From an uncultured Dehalococcoidia bacterium (GTDB lineage: Bacteria; Chloroflexota; Dehalococcoidia; DSTF01; JACRBR01): a stretch of 64,000 nucleotides of DNA. The stretch spans positions 9,082-73,081 of the forward strand of contig CAZRHH010000004.1 of NCBI GenBank assembly GCA_964599885.1, in the 5' to 3' direction. Made by a program: the position numbers and the translations under genes. A model generated the notes under the pieces. The model had not been told where the DNA came from and searched no databases. It saw only the letters and a list, made by a program, of their open reading frames with translations. This document shows, in pieces, positions 49,199-58,857 of the stretch. The first letter of the stretch is position 1. Every line of letters begins with the position of its first letter.

Positions 49199-49924
49199 CT
49201 ACCGCGCCGTCCAGCCGCCGTCTACTACGAGGGAGTGGCCGGTGACGAATGACGCGTCGTCGGAGGCGAGGAAGAGGGCGACGGCGGCGACTTCCTCCGG
49301 CTTACCGAGGCGCCCGAGCGCCGAACCCTGCTCCATGTAGCCGCGCCCGCCGCCATCGGCGATCGGGTCGGTCATCGCGGTCTCGATCCAGCCGGGATTG
49401 ATGCAATTGACGCGGACTCCGCGAGCGCCGTAGTTCGTGGCGTAGTGCTTCGTCAGGCCGATGACGCCGTGCTTGGCGGCCGTGTACCCGTCGGCGGGTG
49501 GAAAGGGCACGCTGATCAGGCCGAGCATCGACGACAGGTTGACGATGGAGCCCGTGCCCTTGACGGCCATCACCTCCGCACCATGCTTGAGACCGTAGTA
49601 GACGCCACTCAGGTTGATGGCGATCATCTTGTCCCAGGGGATGCCGGCACCGACACCGGCGTTGTTGACGAGCACATCGAGGGCGCCGTAGGCATCGAGT
49701 GTGGCGGCGATGGCAGCTTCGACCTGCGCCTCGTCCGACGTATCGCAGTGGTTGGTGATAGCGTTGGCGCCGATCTCAGCCGCCACCTTCGCTGCGGCGG
49801 CGTCGTCGATGTCGGAGACGACGACGCGGGCGCCCTCGGCGGCGAAGCGCAGCGCGATCGCGCGGCCGATGCCGTTGCCGGCGCCCGTAATCAGCGCGGA
49901 TCTCCCTTGCAGTCGGTCGGCCAT
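49199..49924 (-). CDS. SDR-family oxidoreductase
   Basis: MADRLQGRSALITGAGNGIGRAIA...NNAG...Y..K. Start ATG at 49924; the track ORF extends upstream. Confidence 0.85.
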   Translation of the reverse strand: MADRLQGRSALITGAGNGIGRAIALRFAAEGARVVVSDIDDAAAAKVAAEIGANAITNHCDTSDEAQVEAAIAATLDAYGALDVLVNNAGVGAGIPWDKMIAINLSGVYYGLKHGAEVMAVKGTGSIVNLSSMLGLISVPFPPADGYTAAKHGVIGLTKHYATNYGARGVRVNCINPGWIETAMTDPIADGGGRGYMEQGSALGRLGKPEEVAAVALFLASDDASFVTGHSLVVDGGWTAR

Positions 49925-49998
49925 CGTCTCCTCACTTCGCTTCGGAAACCTGGAACGTAGAACTTCGTACCGCGTGAGCGAACGGTCACGCCGCGATA

Positions 49999-50032
49999 CC
50001 GGGCGAACACGGGTGTTCGCCCCAACCGTGGT
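49999..50032 (+). repeat. hairpin motif CCGGGCGAACACGGGTGTTCGCCCCAACCGTGGT (copy 2 of the 26256 element)
   Basis: Stem GGGCGAACAC/GTGTTCGCCC, with a CGCTTCCC box about 170 nt downstream. Lies upstream of coaE. Confidence 0.65.
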
Positions 50033-50255
50033 CGCGCAACGCAGACTCAGTGACGGGGCCACTCTATGACCGCGCCGACACTCTGCCACGCGGTGCCGCT
50101 TCACACCAACGCGGCGGGCGGCGATTGCTTGTCCGGACGGGGGTGGTCGCCCATACTTGAAGCAGCGCCGGAACGTCCGGCGCCTTCGCTTCCCCCGTGG
50201 CGGCATCCTCGCATCGGTCACGCTAAACCCGGGTGAAGCTTCAATTGGAGGCTCC

Positions 50256-50873
50256 GTGACTGTCGTCATCGGACTGACGGGCGGTATTGCCAGCGGCAAG
50301 TCGGTGGTGAGTCAGATGCTCGCCGAGCGCGGCGCGGCGATCATCGACGCCGACAAGGTGGGCCACGAGGCCTACGCGCCGGGCAGCGATTGCCACGCGG
50401 CCGTCGTCGAGGCGTTCGGGCACGATATCGTTGCGCCCGACGGCGAGATCGACCGCAAGGTGCTGGGTGGCAAGGTGTTCGGCAATCCGGCCGAGCGCAA
50501 CCGGCTGGAGGCCATCGTTTGGCCCTGGATGCGCGAGACGATGAAGCAGCGCGTCGAGCAGTTTCGCCGAGACGGTGCGCCCGTTGTCGTGGTCGAGGCA
50601 GCGGTGCTCATCGAGGCTGACTGGGTGCCGATCGTCGACCAGGTGTGGCTGGTGACGGTGCCACCGGAGGTGGCGCGCGAGCGCATCATGAGCCGAAACG
50701 GGCTGACGGCCGAGCAGGCGGATCAGCGCATCAACGCGCAGCTTACCAACGAGCAGCGCGCGAAGCACGCACACGTGATCATCGAAAATAGCGGCACGCT
50801 CGACGCACTGCGCGAGCGTGTGGTTGCGGAGTGGGACGCACTGGCAGCGACGGCCCCGGGGAGGGACGCATGA
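50256..50873 (+). CDS. coaE: dephospho-CoA kinase
   Basis: GTG start after GGAGG; [14 protein letters not shown]-loop. Confidence 0.85.
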   Translation: MTVVIGLTGGIASGKSVVSQMLAERGAAIIDADKVGHEAYAPGSDCHAAVVEAFGHDIVAPDGEIDRKVLGGKVFGNPAERNRLEAIVWPWMRETMKQRVEQFRRDGAPVVVVEAAVLIEADWVPIVDQVWLVTVPPEVARERIMSRNGLTAEQADQRINAQLTNEQRAKHAHVIIENSGTLDALRERVVAEWDALAATAPGRDA

Positions 50874-51775
50874 CGACGGAAGAAGCGACGGCCGAGGATA
50901 CCGGCTTCAAGCAGTACAACATCGAGGAGTATCACGCGCACGTCGAGCCGTACTACGTGCCGACGGGCGACGAGGTAGAGCTGTTCCAGGCGGCGTTTGA
51001 CTCCCGCGTACCGGTGCTGCTCAAGGGTCCGACAGGCTGCGGCAAGACGCGCTTCGTCGAGTACATGGCGTGGAAGCTGGGTCGGCCGCTCTCGATCATC
51101 AAGGGGGGTTCGGGCAAGGACGCGGGCGAGATGGGGCAGGCGTTGCCGCTGATCACCGTCGCCTGCCACGAAGACTTGACGGCCAGCGATCTCGTCGGGC
51201 GCTACCTGCTCGAAGGCGAAAGCACGCGCTGGATCGACGGGCCGCTGACACGCGCCGTGAAAGCCGGCGCGATCTGCTACCTGGACGAAGTCGTCGAGGC
51301 GCGCAAAGACACGACGGTGCTCATCCACCCGCTGACCGACCACCGGCGCGTGCTGCCGATCGAGAAGCGCGGCCAGATTCTCGAGGCGCGCGAGGGATTC
51401 CTCCTCGTCATCTCCTACAACCCGGGGTATCAGAGTGCGCTCAAAGATCTCAAGCACAGCACACGCCAGCGCTTCATCTCGATCGAGTTCACCCACCCGC
51501 GCAAGGAGCTGGAAGCGAAGATCATCGCGCACGAGAGCGGCGTCTCGGAGGAGATCGCGACGGACCTGGCGAAGCTCGGCGAGAAGGTGCGCAACCTGCG
51601 CGAGCACGGGCTAAGCGAGGGCGTCAGCACGCGGCTGCTGATCTACACGGGCAAGCTGATCGAGAAGGGCATCCCGGCTCGGCGCGCTTGCCAGGTCGGC
51701 GTCGTCTGGGCGCTAACGGACGATGCCGACGTGCAGCGCAGCATCGAGGAAGTCGCAAGCTCGATCTTTGAGTGA
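50870..51775 (+). CDS. CbbQ/NirQ/NorQ/GvpN-type MoxR-class AAA+ ATPase
   Basis: ATG overlaps the coaE stop (ATGA). Walker [11 protein letters not shown]; Walker B CYLDEV; 302 aa. No vWA (CbbO/NorD-like) partner adjacent. Confidence 0.7.
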   Translation: MTTEEATAEDTGFKQYNIEEYHAHVEPYYVPTGDEVELFQAAFDSRVPVLLKGPTGCGKTRFVEYMAWKLGRPLSIIKGGSGKDAGEMGQALPLITVACHEDLTASDLVGRYLLEGESTRWIDGPLTRAVKAGAICYLDEVVEARKDTTVLIHPLTDHRRVLPIEKRGQILEAREGFLLVISYNPGYQSALKDLKHSTRQRFISIEFTHPRKELEAKIIAHESGVSEEIATDLAKLGEKVRNLREHGLSEGVSTRLLIYTGKLIEKGIPARRACQVGVVWALTDDADVQRSIEEVASSIFE

Positions 51776-51938
51776 GGGTCGGTTGGACGCGGGAAGCAGG
51801 AAGCTAGATCGCAACGAGTAGGTAACAGGGCGCCGGCTCAGCGAGCGTCCGCCCGAGTGCCGAACGCGTATCGATGGGAGCGACCGGATGCATCCGGTGA
51901 CTGCTCGACAGCGCGATGATCATGGAGGGGTATTGAGG

Positions 51939-52646
51939 ATGAGGGTAGTTTTGACGTGCGTCGCCGCAGCGGCGCTGATGCTGGCCGCAGCGTGCGGCGA
52001 CGGCGACGACGACAACGGCGAGCCGACGCGGACCGATGCGTTTTACGCGACCGGTACCGCACAGGCCTCGTCTGACGAGACGCCTGAGACCGTAACCGCG
52101 GCGACCACGACAGGGAGTACGCCGGAACCGGCGGCGACGCAGGGAGGGACTCCGCAGATGTACAGCGCCGAACCGCCGATGACGATCGACCAGAACAAGC
52201 GCTACTTCGCGACGATCAAAATGGACATCGGCGATATCAAGCTCGAGCTCTTCGCGAATGATGCGCCGCGACACGTCAACAGCTTCGTGTTTCTTGCGCG
52301 CGAGGGCTTTTACGACGGGCTTATCTTTCACCGCGTGATTCCGGGCTTCGTGGCGCAGGGCGGCGATCCGACTGGCACGGGCAGCGGCGGCCCCGGCTAC
52401 AACATCCCGCTCGAAGTCAACGCCAACAAGTTCGAGGACGGTTCGGTCGGCATGGCGCGAAGCCAGTCGCCGGATTCGGCGGGCAGCCAGTGGTTCATCG
52501 ACTACGCGCCGCAACCGAATCTGGATGGGCAGTACACGGTGTTCGGAAAGATCGTCGAGGGGCGGGATGTACTCGACAAGATCGCACCGGGCCAGCCGCC
52601 GGCGAATCCGACCGTGATGAACACGATCGTCATCGAAGAGGAGTAG
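51939..52646 (+). CDS. cyclophilin-type peptidyl-prolyl cis-trans isomerase, lipoprotein
   Basis: Lipobox LAAACG; FHRVIPGFVAQGGDPTGTG cyclophilin core. Confidence 0.85.
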   Translation: MRVVLTCVAAAALMLAAACGDGDDDNGEPTRTDAFYATGTAQASSDETPETVTAATTTGSTPEPAATQGGTPQMYSAEPPMTIDQNKRYFATIKMDIGDIKLELFANDAPRHVNSFVFLAREGFYDGLIFHRVIPGFVAQGGDPTGTGSGGPGYNIPLEVNANKFEDGSVGMARSQSPDSAGSQWFIDYAPQPNLDGQYTVFGKIVEGRDVLDKIAPGQPPANPTVMNTIVIEEE

Positions 52647-52764
52647 GGCGCCGGCGGTTCTAATTCAACGCAAAGGCGCAGTGCTCCGCGCGCTGTGGCT
52701 GCCGTATAAGCGTGGCTTGGGCGCGGAAGCTCCACGTTGCCGCGCATCCGTGGGTCGATGTCCG

Positions 52765-52793
52765 GCGGAGCTGAAGCTCCGCGGCTACATCCG
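52765..52793 (+). repeat. palindromic REP-like element (copy 2) GGCGGAGCTGAAGCTCCGCGGCTACATCC
   Basis: Same hairpin as at 19621; lies 3' of the PPIase gene. Confidence 0.7.
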
Positions 52794-52808
52794 GATTTCG
52801 CTGGCGTG

Positions 52809-53735
52809 CTACTGGCGGACGAACAGTCCCTTGAGTGCGCGGAACGCCTGCGTCGTCAACGGATCGCCAGGAACGGGCGGGTGGATCTCCGCGTCGAGCG
52901 CGCCGGCGTGGTAGCGCTCGAACACGTGCGCGAGTTCGGCGCCGATCAGGAAGATGTTCGACGCCAGGTAGACGAACAGCAGAAACAGCAGCGCGGCGGC
53001 CAGCGACCCGTAGACGACATCGTAGTTGTTGAAGTTGGCAACGTAGATCGCGAAGCCGTTCTTCAGCGCCTCGAACAGGATCGTCGCCAAGAGGGCGCCG
53101 GGCACGATATCGCGCCACGTCGGGTGCGCCGCCGGCACGATGTGATAGAGCAGCGTGAACACGGCGAAGGTCAGCAGCGCAGGCGCGATGAGTGGCGGCA
53201 ACTCCCACAGCGGACTCTGGTTCGCGAGCGGCCCAATGAAATCGGCGCTCAACTCGCGCGCGATGCGGAGCACGGCGGTGAGCGACAGTGATCCGAGCAG
53301 GAGCAGGCCGAGCACGCCGATCTGTGTGAGGTCGATGAGCTTCGCGCGGAAGAACGGCCGCGGCTCTTCGAGACGCCAGACGACGTTGAGCGCCTTGCGC
53401 ACCGACCCAAACATGGCAGATCCAGACCACAGCGCCACCCCGAGGCTCAGCAGAGCCAAGGGACCGCGCGAGCGCTGTACCGTATCGAGCGCGTCGTTGA
53501 CGACGTCGCGGCCCTCGGTCTGCGTCAGTGGCAACGTGTCGAGAATTCCGTCGACGACCTCGGCGCGGCGGCTATCGTCAACGATGACGAAGCCAAGGAT
53601 CGAGACGGCGAGAATGATCAGCGGGATGATCGAGAAAAGGGTGTAGTAGGAGATCGCGGCGGCCATCTGCGAACAGTTATTGCGGGTGTAGCCGTGCCAC
53701 GTCTGTTTCGTGAACACCCAGATCGTCCTGAACAT
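52809..53735 (-). CDS. YihY/BrkB (virulence-factor BrkB / RNase-BN-like) family membrane protein
   Basis: Start MFRTIWVF at 53735. Six-TM protein with the YihY family profile. The 693-aa track ORF upstream is an antisense shadow of proB. Confidence 0.75.
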   Translation of the reverse strand: MFRTIWVFTKQTWHGYTRNNCSQMAAAISYYTLFSIIPLIILAVSILGFVIVDDSRRAEVVDGILDTLPLTQTEGRDVVNDALDTVQRSRGPLALLSLGVALWSGSAMFGSVRKALNVVWRLEEPRPFFRAKLIDLTQIGVLGLLLLGSLSLTAVLRIARELSADFIGPLANQSPLWELPPLIAPALLTFAVFTLLYHIVPAAHPTWRDIVPGALLATILFEALKNGFAIYVANFNNYDVVYGSLAAALLFLLFVYLASNIFLIGAELAHVFERYHAGALDAEIHPPVPGDPLTTQAFRALKGLFVRQ

Positions 53736-53865
53736 AGGCCATTGTAGAGCGAACGCCGCCGTCGGCGCAGAGGCCCCCGCGGGGGCCTCTGCGGGAGCCG
53801 CTGATATACTCCCGACGCTTTGACGTGACATTCGGGAGCCGTCGAAGCCAGGGAAGGGCGACAAG

Positions 53866-55008
53866 ATGGTACGGCAACGACCGCAGGGCGCCCGCTCCGG
53901 GTATCGGCGGATCGTCGCGAAGGTCGGGACGAATCTGCTCACCGCTGGCACGGATCGGCTCGACGCGGGGGTGATGTCGTCGCTTGTCGGGCAAGCCGTC
54001 CGGCTGATGGACGAGGGGCGGGAGGTCGTTATCGTCACGTCGGGCGCGATCGCGGCCGGGCGCGAGCGGCTGAACGCGCACACGAACCGGCGCGACATTC
54101 CGTTCCGGCAGGTGCTGGCCGCGGTCGGACAGGCGCACCTGATGCGGACGTACGACCGGCTGTTCGCGAAGCATGACCGCGTCGTCGGGCAGACCCTGCT
54201 GAGCAAGCGCGACTTGTCCGACCGCATCGGGTATCTCAACGCGCGCAACACGCTTCTCGGGCTGCTCGAGATGGGGGTCGTGCCGATCGTCAATGAGAAC
54301 GACGCCGTAGCTGTCGACGAGATCGCCGGCGCGACGATCGGCGACAACGACAATCTGTCGGCGCTCGTGGCGAATCTCATCGACGCCGATCTGCTGGCGA
54401 TTCTCACCGACATCGGCGGACTGTATACGGCCGATCCGCGCACGCACAAGACGGCGACGGTGATCGAGCGCGTCGACAAGATCACGAAGGAGATCGAAGC
54501 GATCGCCGGCGGCAGCGAGAGCGGGCGCGGCATCGGTGGCATGGCGACGAAGCTGCAAGCAGCAAAGCTGGCGACGGGCGGCGGTTCTGACGTCTTCATC
54601 GCGTCGGGGCATGACGACGACGTGCTGTACCGCATCGCGACGGGCGAACACGCTGGTACGATGCTGCCGGCGCGCACGAGCCGCATGGAGAGCCGCAAGC
54701 GCTGGATGCTGTCGGGCCTCGCGACGAAGGGGTGCATCATCGTCGACGCCGGTGCGGCGCGCGCGTTGACCGAGCGAAAGCGCAGCCTGTTGCCGGCGGG
54801 CGTCCACGAAATCACGGGCGCGTTCAAACGCGGCGATGCGGTGAGCATATGCGAGCCCGGCGGGGCGCAAATCGCCTGCGGTATCAGCAACTACAGTGCG
54901 GATGAAGTGGCGGCGATCCGCGGCGTGCGATCGGATCAGATCGCCAACGCGCTCGGTTACGAGTACGGCGCGGAGGTCGTACACCGGAACAATCTCGTAT
55001 TGATGTAG
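53866..55008 (+). CDS. proB: glutamate 5-kinase with C-terminal PUA domain
   Basis: RIVAKVGTNLLT...VIVTSGAIAAG and a C-terminal PUA domain (CIIVDAGAARAL). Confidence 0.9.
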   Translation: MVRQRPQGARSGYRRIVAKVGTNLLTAGTDRLDAGVMSSLVGQAVRLMDEGREVVIVTSGAIAAGRERLNAHTNRRDIPFRQVLAAVGQAHLMRTYDRLFAKHDRVVGQTLLSKRDLSDRIGYLNARNTLLGLLEMGVVPIVNENDAVAVDEIAGATIGDNDNLSALVANLIDADLLAILTDIGGLYTADPRTHKTATVIERVDKITKEIEAIAGGSESGRGIGGMATKLQAAKLATGGGSDVFIASGHDDDVLYRIATGEHAGTMLPARTSRMESRKRWMLSGLATKGCIIVDAGAARALTERKRSLLPAGVHEITGAFKRGDAVSICEPGGAQIACGISNYSADEVAAIRGVRSDQIANALGYEYGAEVVHRNNLVLM

Positions 55009-55040
55009 CGTGCCGAATCCCGGAGCTGGCGGCGAAACGC

Positions 55041-55616
55041 TTAGCTGGCGCCGCTGCACGTCGTCTCAACGTAGGGCGGGATGCCGGGGACGCCCCTGCT
55101 GCGCGTGCAGGTGCGCGAGCGGATATCGACGATCAGGTCACCGTTCTCGTTGATGCGCGTGCCGAAGCGATCGAGATCGCGATCGCCCGCGCCGTAAGCG
55201 AGCACGCCGTCGGCGCGCCAAACGGCGCGCGCGCCTTCGCAGAGTTCGACGAGCGCGCCGCGGAATCCTTCAAGCTGATCGAGCGTGCCAAGATTCGCGC
55301 GTTCGTCGAACGTGACGCGGCAGTTGCTATCGAGTTCCTGCTGTTTCGGTGACTTGTCGTAGAGCGCGATGAAGGAGCCGTCCGCGAGCCGCGTGATGAA
55401 GATGTGCTGCGACGGCCCGGTGACGTCACTGCGGGCGTACTGCTCCGCCGTGCCGGCGTTATAGCCGCGCTGCGGCTGATTCGCATCTTCTCCCTGATCG
55501 AAGGCCAGGCCGATGGCGAAGAACAGCGCGACCAGCACGGCTAGCGCAATCAACGCCTTACCGAGACAGCCGATGCTACGCCGCTTCTTCTTTGCCGGCG
55601 GTGGCGCCTCAGTCAT
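55041..55616 (-). CDS. membrane-anchored hypothetical protein
   Basis: KKKRR followed by one TM helix, then a ~150-aa periplasmic domain with four Cys. Overlaps the upstream enoyl-CoA hydratase gene by 4 nt. Confidence 0.5.
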   Translation of the reverse strand: MTEAPPPAKKKRRSIGCLGKALIALAVLVALFFAIGLAFDQGEDANQPQRGYNAGTAEQYARSDVTGPSQHIFITRLADGSFIALYDKSPKQQELDSNCRVTFDERANLGTLDQLEGFRGALVELCEGARAVWRADGVLAYGAGDRDLDRFGTRINENGDLIVDIRSRTCTRSRGVPGIPPYVETTCSGAS

Positions 55617-56344
55617 GCGCGATCGCCATCGAGCCGCGCCGCGATCATGGATTCGAGGTGCAGCGCCGCTTCGAGCGGGAGCTCCGCACCGCGCGTCATC
55701 GCTTCCTTCGCGGCCCGGAGCGCTGGCTGGGGCAGCAGCGCCAGCCGCGCGGCGACCGCGGCCGCTTCGTCATGCAGGCGTGCGTGTGGCACAACGCGCG
55801 TCACCAGCCCGATCGCGAGCGCCCGCTGCGCATCGATCGGCTCGCCGGTGAGGATCATCTCGCGGGCGACGCCAGGGGGGATCGTGCGCGGCAGGGTCTG
55901 CGTGCCGCCGGCTGAGGGGATGTAGCCAAGCGCCACCTCCGGCAGCGCGAAGGTGGCGTCGTCGGACGCGATGCGTATGTCGCAGCAAAGGCTGAGCTCG
56001 CAGCCGGCGCCGAACGCGTAGCCGTGGATCGCGGCGACGAGCGGCTTCGTGATCGAGAGCATCAGCCCCCAGATGTCGCGCTCGTACCGTGCGCGCCGGG
56101 CTTCGGCGTACGACGGCGCCGTGCCGAACTCGCTGATATCGGCGCCGGCCGAGAACGCACGGTGGCCGACGCCCTCGAACACGGCAACGTAGATGTCAGG
56201 ATCGTCGCGGACGGCTTCCAGCGCCGACGATAGCTCGTCGCGCATCGCCATGTTGGCGGCGTTCAGCACGTCGGGGCGGTTCAGCGTCAGCCAGGCGACG
56301 CCGGCGTCGGTCTTTTCGAACAGCAGGGGCGCGGGTTCGCTCAC
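55613..56344 (-). CDS. enoyl-CoA hydratase/isomerase family protein
   Basis: Crotonase fold; oxyanion-hole motifs (FSAGADI, GYAFGAGCEL). Confidence 0.85.
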   Translation of the reverse strand: MSEPAPLLFEKTDAGVAWLTLNRPDVLNAANMAMRDELSSALEAVRDDPDIYVAVFEGVGHRAFSAGADISEFGTAPSYAEARRARYERDIWGLMLSITKPLVAAIHGYAFGAGCELSLCCDIRIASDDATFALPEVALGYIPSAGGTQTLPRTIPPGVAREMILTGEPIDAQRALAIGLVTRVVPHARLHDEAAAVAARLALLPQPALRAAKEAMTRGAELPLEAALHLESMIAARLDGDRA

Positions 56345-56369
56345 GGATGCAGCGTAGCTAGACTGGACG

Positions 56370-56403
56370 GTTCACCACAGAGGCACAGAGGGGCAGAAGG
56401 GGA
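56370..56403 (+). repeat. TTCACCACAGAG-family repeat (copy 5)
   Basis: ttcaccacagaggcacagaggggcagaagggga. Confidence 0.85.
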
Positions 56404-56460
56404 CGAAGAGAGGGCGCCCAACCGGGCGCCCTCTCCGTCGTCGCGTGGATGTCCGCGAGA

Positions 56461-58482
56461 CTAGCGCGCGCTGATCGCTTCCGCCACGTCGGCGAGGCCG
56501 AGCGATTCCAGTTTGCGCTTGCTTGGTGCGGCGGTCTCGGGATCCCAGTCGCAGGCGGCGAGGTAGTCCTGCTCGAGCGTTCTGGTGTCGAGCGAGATGT
56601 CCTTATGCGGGCCGGCTTCGAGCGGCGTGGCGCCCCAGATGCGGCCGGGGATGCGGCGCCTGGTGACGATGTCGCCTTCACGAATGTTGAACGCCATGCG
56701 CATGTTGGCGATGCGTTCGCCAACTTCCTTCATCTCGTCGAGCGACGTGTCCCAGCCGGTCGTGTGGTTGATCCACTCCGGGATGCGGTCGTTCGGCGCA
56801 CCCATCATGATGAACATGCACATGCCGGCGGAGTTGACGACGTGCATGTACTCCGATTTGCCCTTGTGGTGCTCGCCGCGCTCCGTCGCCTGCGTGCGGT
56901 CCTGTGGCGCCGGCGTCAGATTCCAGGCCGGCCGCGTGGCGCCCTCGTACTGGGTGTGACGCGCGGGCGTCGGGTCGAGCTTGTACGTCGTGAAGAACTC
57001 CGGCTGGAGCTTCGGGTCGTGCATCGGTAGCTCCTCGCCCCCGACTTCCATCGCGAACTCGATCGACTTCGGGCCGATCTTCGCGGACGCGGCTTTCACG
57101 CCGTCGCCGAAGAGTTCGCCGAGAGCGCCCTCCTTCGTGCCGATCTTGTGGAGCGCTTCCATGATCGCTTCGGTGTTGCCCCAGCGCAGGTCGATGCCGT
57201 CGGTGTCTTCCTTGGTGATCAGGCCGTTCTCGAAGCACTCCATCGCGAAGGCGATCGTGCCGCCGGCGGCGATCGTGTCGACACCGTACTGGTTGCAGAG
57301 GTGATTCGCGTACTGCAGCGAGTTGATGTCATTGCTGAGCATCATCGTGCCGAATGCGGTCGTCGTCTCGTACTCGGCGCGGTGCGTGTGGTGCGGGTAC
57401 GGGAAACGCGCGTCGTTCTTGATCTCGGCGTCGGTCTTGCTGTCGTTCTCGAGCTTCTTGATCTTCGCTTCGATGCCCTGCTTCTCGTCGTCAGCGGCCG
57501 AAGCGAGCATCGTGCGCAGCTCGTTCGCTTCGCCTTCGCGCTTGGAGATGCGGAGCTTTGCCTGGTTCTCCTGCTCGTCCCACGCGTAGGACTCGCCGCC
57601 ACAGGCGATGGGGCAGTGCCAGCAGGCGTACTTCTTGTCCATCTTGCGGTTGAAGTTGTCGCCGGACATCACCATGCCCTGCGGGAAATCGACCATGCCG
57701 ACGCCGCCCCAGTTCTTCACGGGCGCGTCGCCCGACATCGCCGACGAGTTGGTGATGCCGGTGGTGCCGTAGGTGCGGAAGAAGTTGGTGATCGGCTTCG
57801 CGAACTGGTCGAGCGACGAGCGGACGAGCTTCATCGCTTCCGGGCTGGAACCGATGATGTTCTTCGATGCGTTGACGACGATCGCCTTAACGTTCTTCGA
57901 GCCCATGACGGCGCCGAGGCCGCTGCGTGCGGCGAGACGGCCGCGCTCGTTGCAGATGCCGGCCATCAGCGAGAGTTTCTCGCCGGCGGGGCCGATGCAA
58001 GCGACGGAGGCCTTCTTGCCGTGGCGCTCCTTGAGCTTCATCTCGACATCGATCGCGAGCATGCCCCAGATGTCGGAGGCGTCCTTGATCTCGACCTTGT
58101 CGTCGTCGATGTGAATGTAGACGGGCTTCGACGACTTCTCGTACAGCATGATGCCGTCCCAGCCCGCGTTCTTGAGGAATGGGCCGAAGTCACCGCCGGC
58201 GTTCGCGTCGCCCCAGCCGCCGGTCTTCGGCGACTTGCCGACGGCCTGGTAGCGGATGCCGAAGAACGGCGTACCAGTCAGCAGCCCGGGAAACAGGCCG
58301 AGGATGTTGTCGGGGCCGAGCGGGTCGGCGCCGGCAGGGATGCGGTCGAAGAGCAGGCGGGAACCGATACCATAGCCACCGAGGTACTTGCGGTACATCT
58401 CCTCGGGGATCTGCTCGACTTCGGTCGTGCCGACGTTCAGCCGGACGTTCAGCATTTTTCCGTTGATGGCTCCATTGAGCAT
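56461..58482 (-). CDS. aldehyde:ferredoxin oxidoreductase family (tungstopterin-type AOR)
   Basis: Start MLNGAINGK preceded by GGAAGGAG. AOR N-terminal domain and tungstopterin-binding domains; a Glu/Lys-rich insert. Confidence 0.8.
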   Translation of the reverse strand: MLNGAINGKMLNVRLNVGTTEVEQIPEEMYRKYLGGYGIGSRLLFDRIPAGADPLGPDNILGLFPGLLTGTPFFGIRYQAVGKSPKTGGWGDANAGGDFGPFLKNAGWDGIMLYEKSSKPVYIHIDDDKVEIKDASDIWGMLAIDVEMKLKERHGKKASVACIGPAGEKLSLMAGICNERGRLAARSGLGAVMGSKNVKAIVVNASKNIIGSSPEAMKLVRSSLDQFAKPITNFFRTYGTTGITNSSAMSGDAPVKNWGGVGMVDFPQGMVMSGDNFNRKMDKKYACWHCPIACGGESYAWDEQENQAKLRISKREGEANELRTMLASAADDEKQGIEAKIKKLENDSKTDAEIKNDARFPYPHHTHRAEYETTTAFGTMMLSNDINSLQYANHLCNQYGVDTIAAGGTIAFAMECFENGLITKEDTDGIDLRWGNTEAIMEALHKIGTKEGALGELFGDGVKAASAKIGPKSIEFAMEVGGEELPMHDPKLQPEFFTTYKLDPTPARHTQYEGATRPAWNLTPAPQDRTQATERGEHHKGKSEYMHVVNSAGMCMFIMMGAPNDRIPEWINHTTGWDTSLDEMKEVGERIANMRMAFNIREGDIVTRRRIPGRIWGATPLEAGPHKDISLDTRTLEQDYLAACDWDPETAAPSKRKLESLGLADVAEAISAR

Positions 58483-58754
58483 GGACGAAGCTCCTTCCGC
58501 GTGTGTGGAGATGTGACGCTGCGCGTATCTGCGGGTATCGCTGTAGATGATGCTGGCCGCCTGAGTCTGAATCAAGCGGCGAGCGTGGCACAGTATAGAG
58601 TAGCCCGCCGTTACGCGCGTTATGTCGGTGCAGGCATGACGGGTGGTGTCGGGATGGGCGGCTGGTGTCTGGTGTTTGGTGGCTGGGAGCACCCATTCTG
58701 GCAGATCTATTGTTTGGCAGTTTTCCGTTTTTCGCAGTTCGAGGTTGTGTAGCC

Positions 58755-58857
58755 GGGAGTTCGTTTCGCAATTTTCGTGTTCGCGTACCTCGCGGGAGTT
58801 CGTTTCGTAGTTTCGTATGCGGGAGTTCGTTTCGTAGTTTTCGTGTAGTTTCGAGGC
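58755..58857 (+). repeat. tandem direct repeats, about 27-bp unit GGGAGTTCGTTTCGTAGTTTCGTATGC, 3 copies
   Basis: Copies start at 58755, 58794 and 58821 in an AT-richer intergenic region upstream of the AOR gene. Confidence 0.8.

Noticed and set aside
52809-54890. 693-aa minus-strand ORF
   Set aside because: Only the C-terminal ~309 codons (52809-53735) look like a real YihY/BrkB membrane protein. The upstream ~380 codons are antisense to proB and Ser/Arg/Ala-rich, so they are a shadow ORF.
58755-58857. Tandem repeats considered as a CRISPR array
   Set aside because: Only three irregularly spaced copies, no unique spacers of uniform length, and no cas genes in the window.
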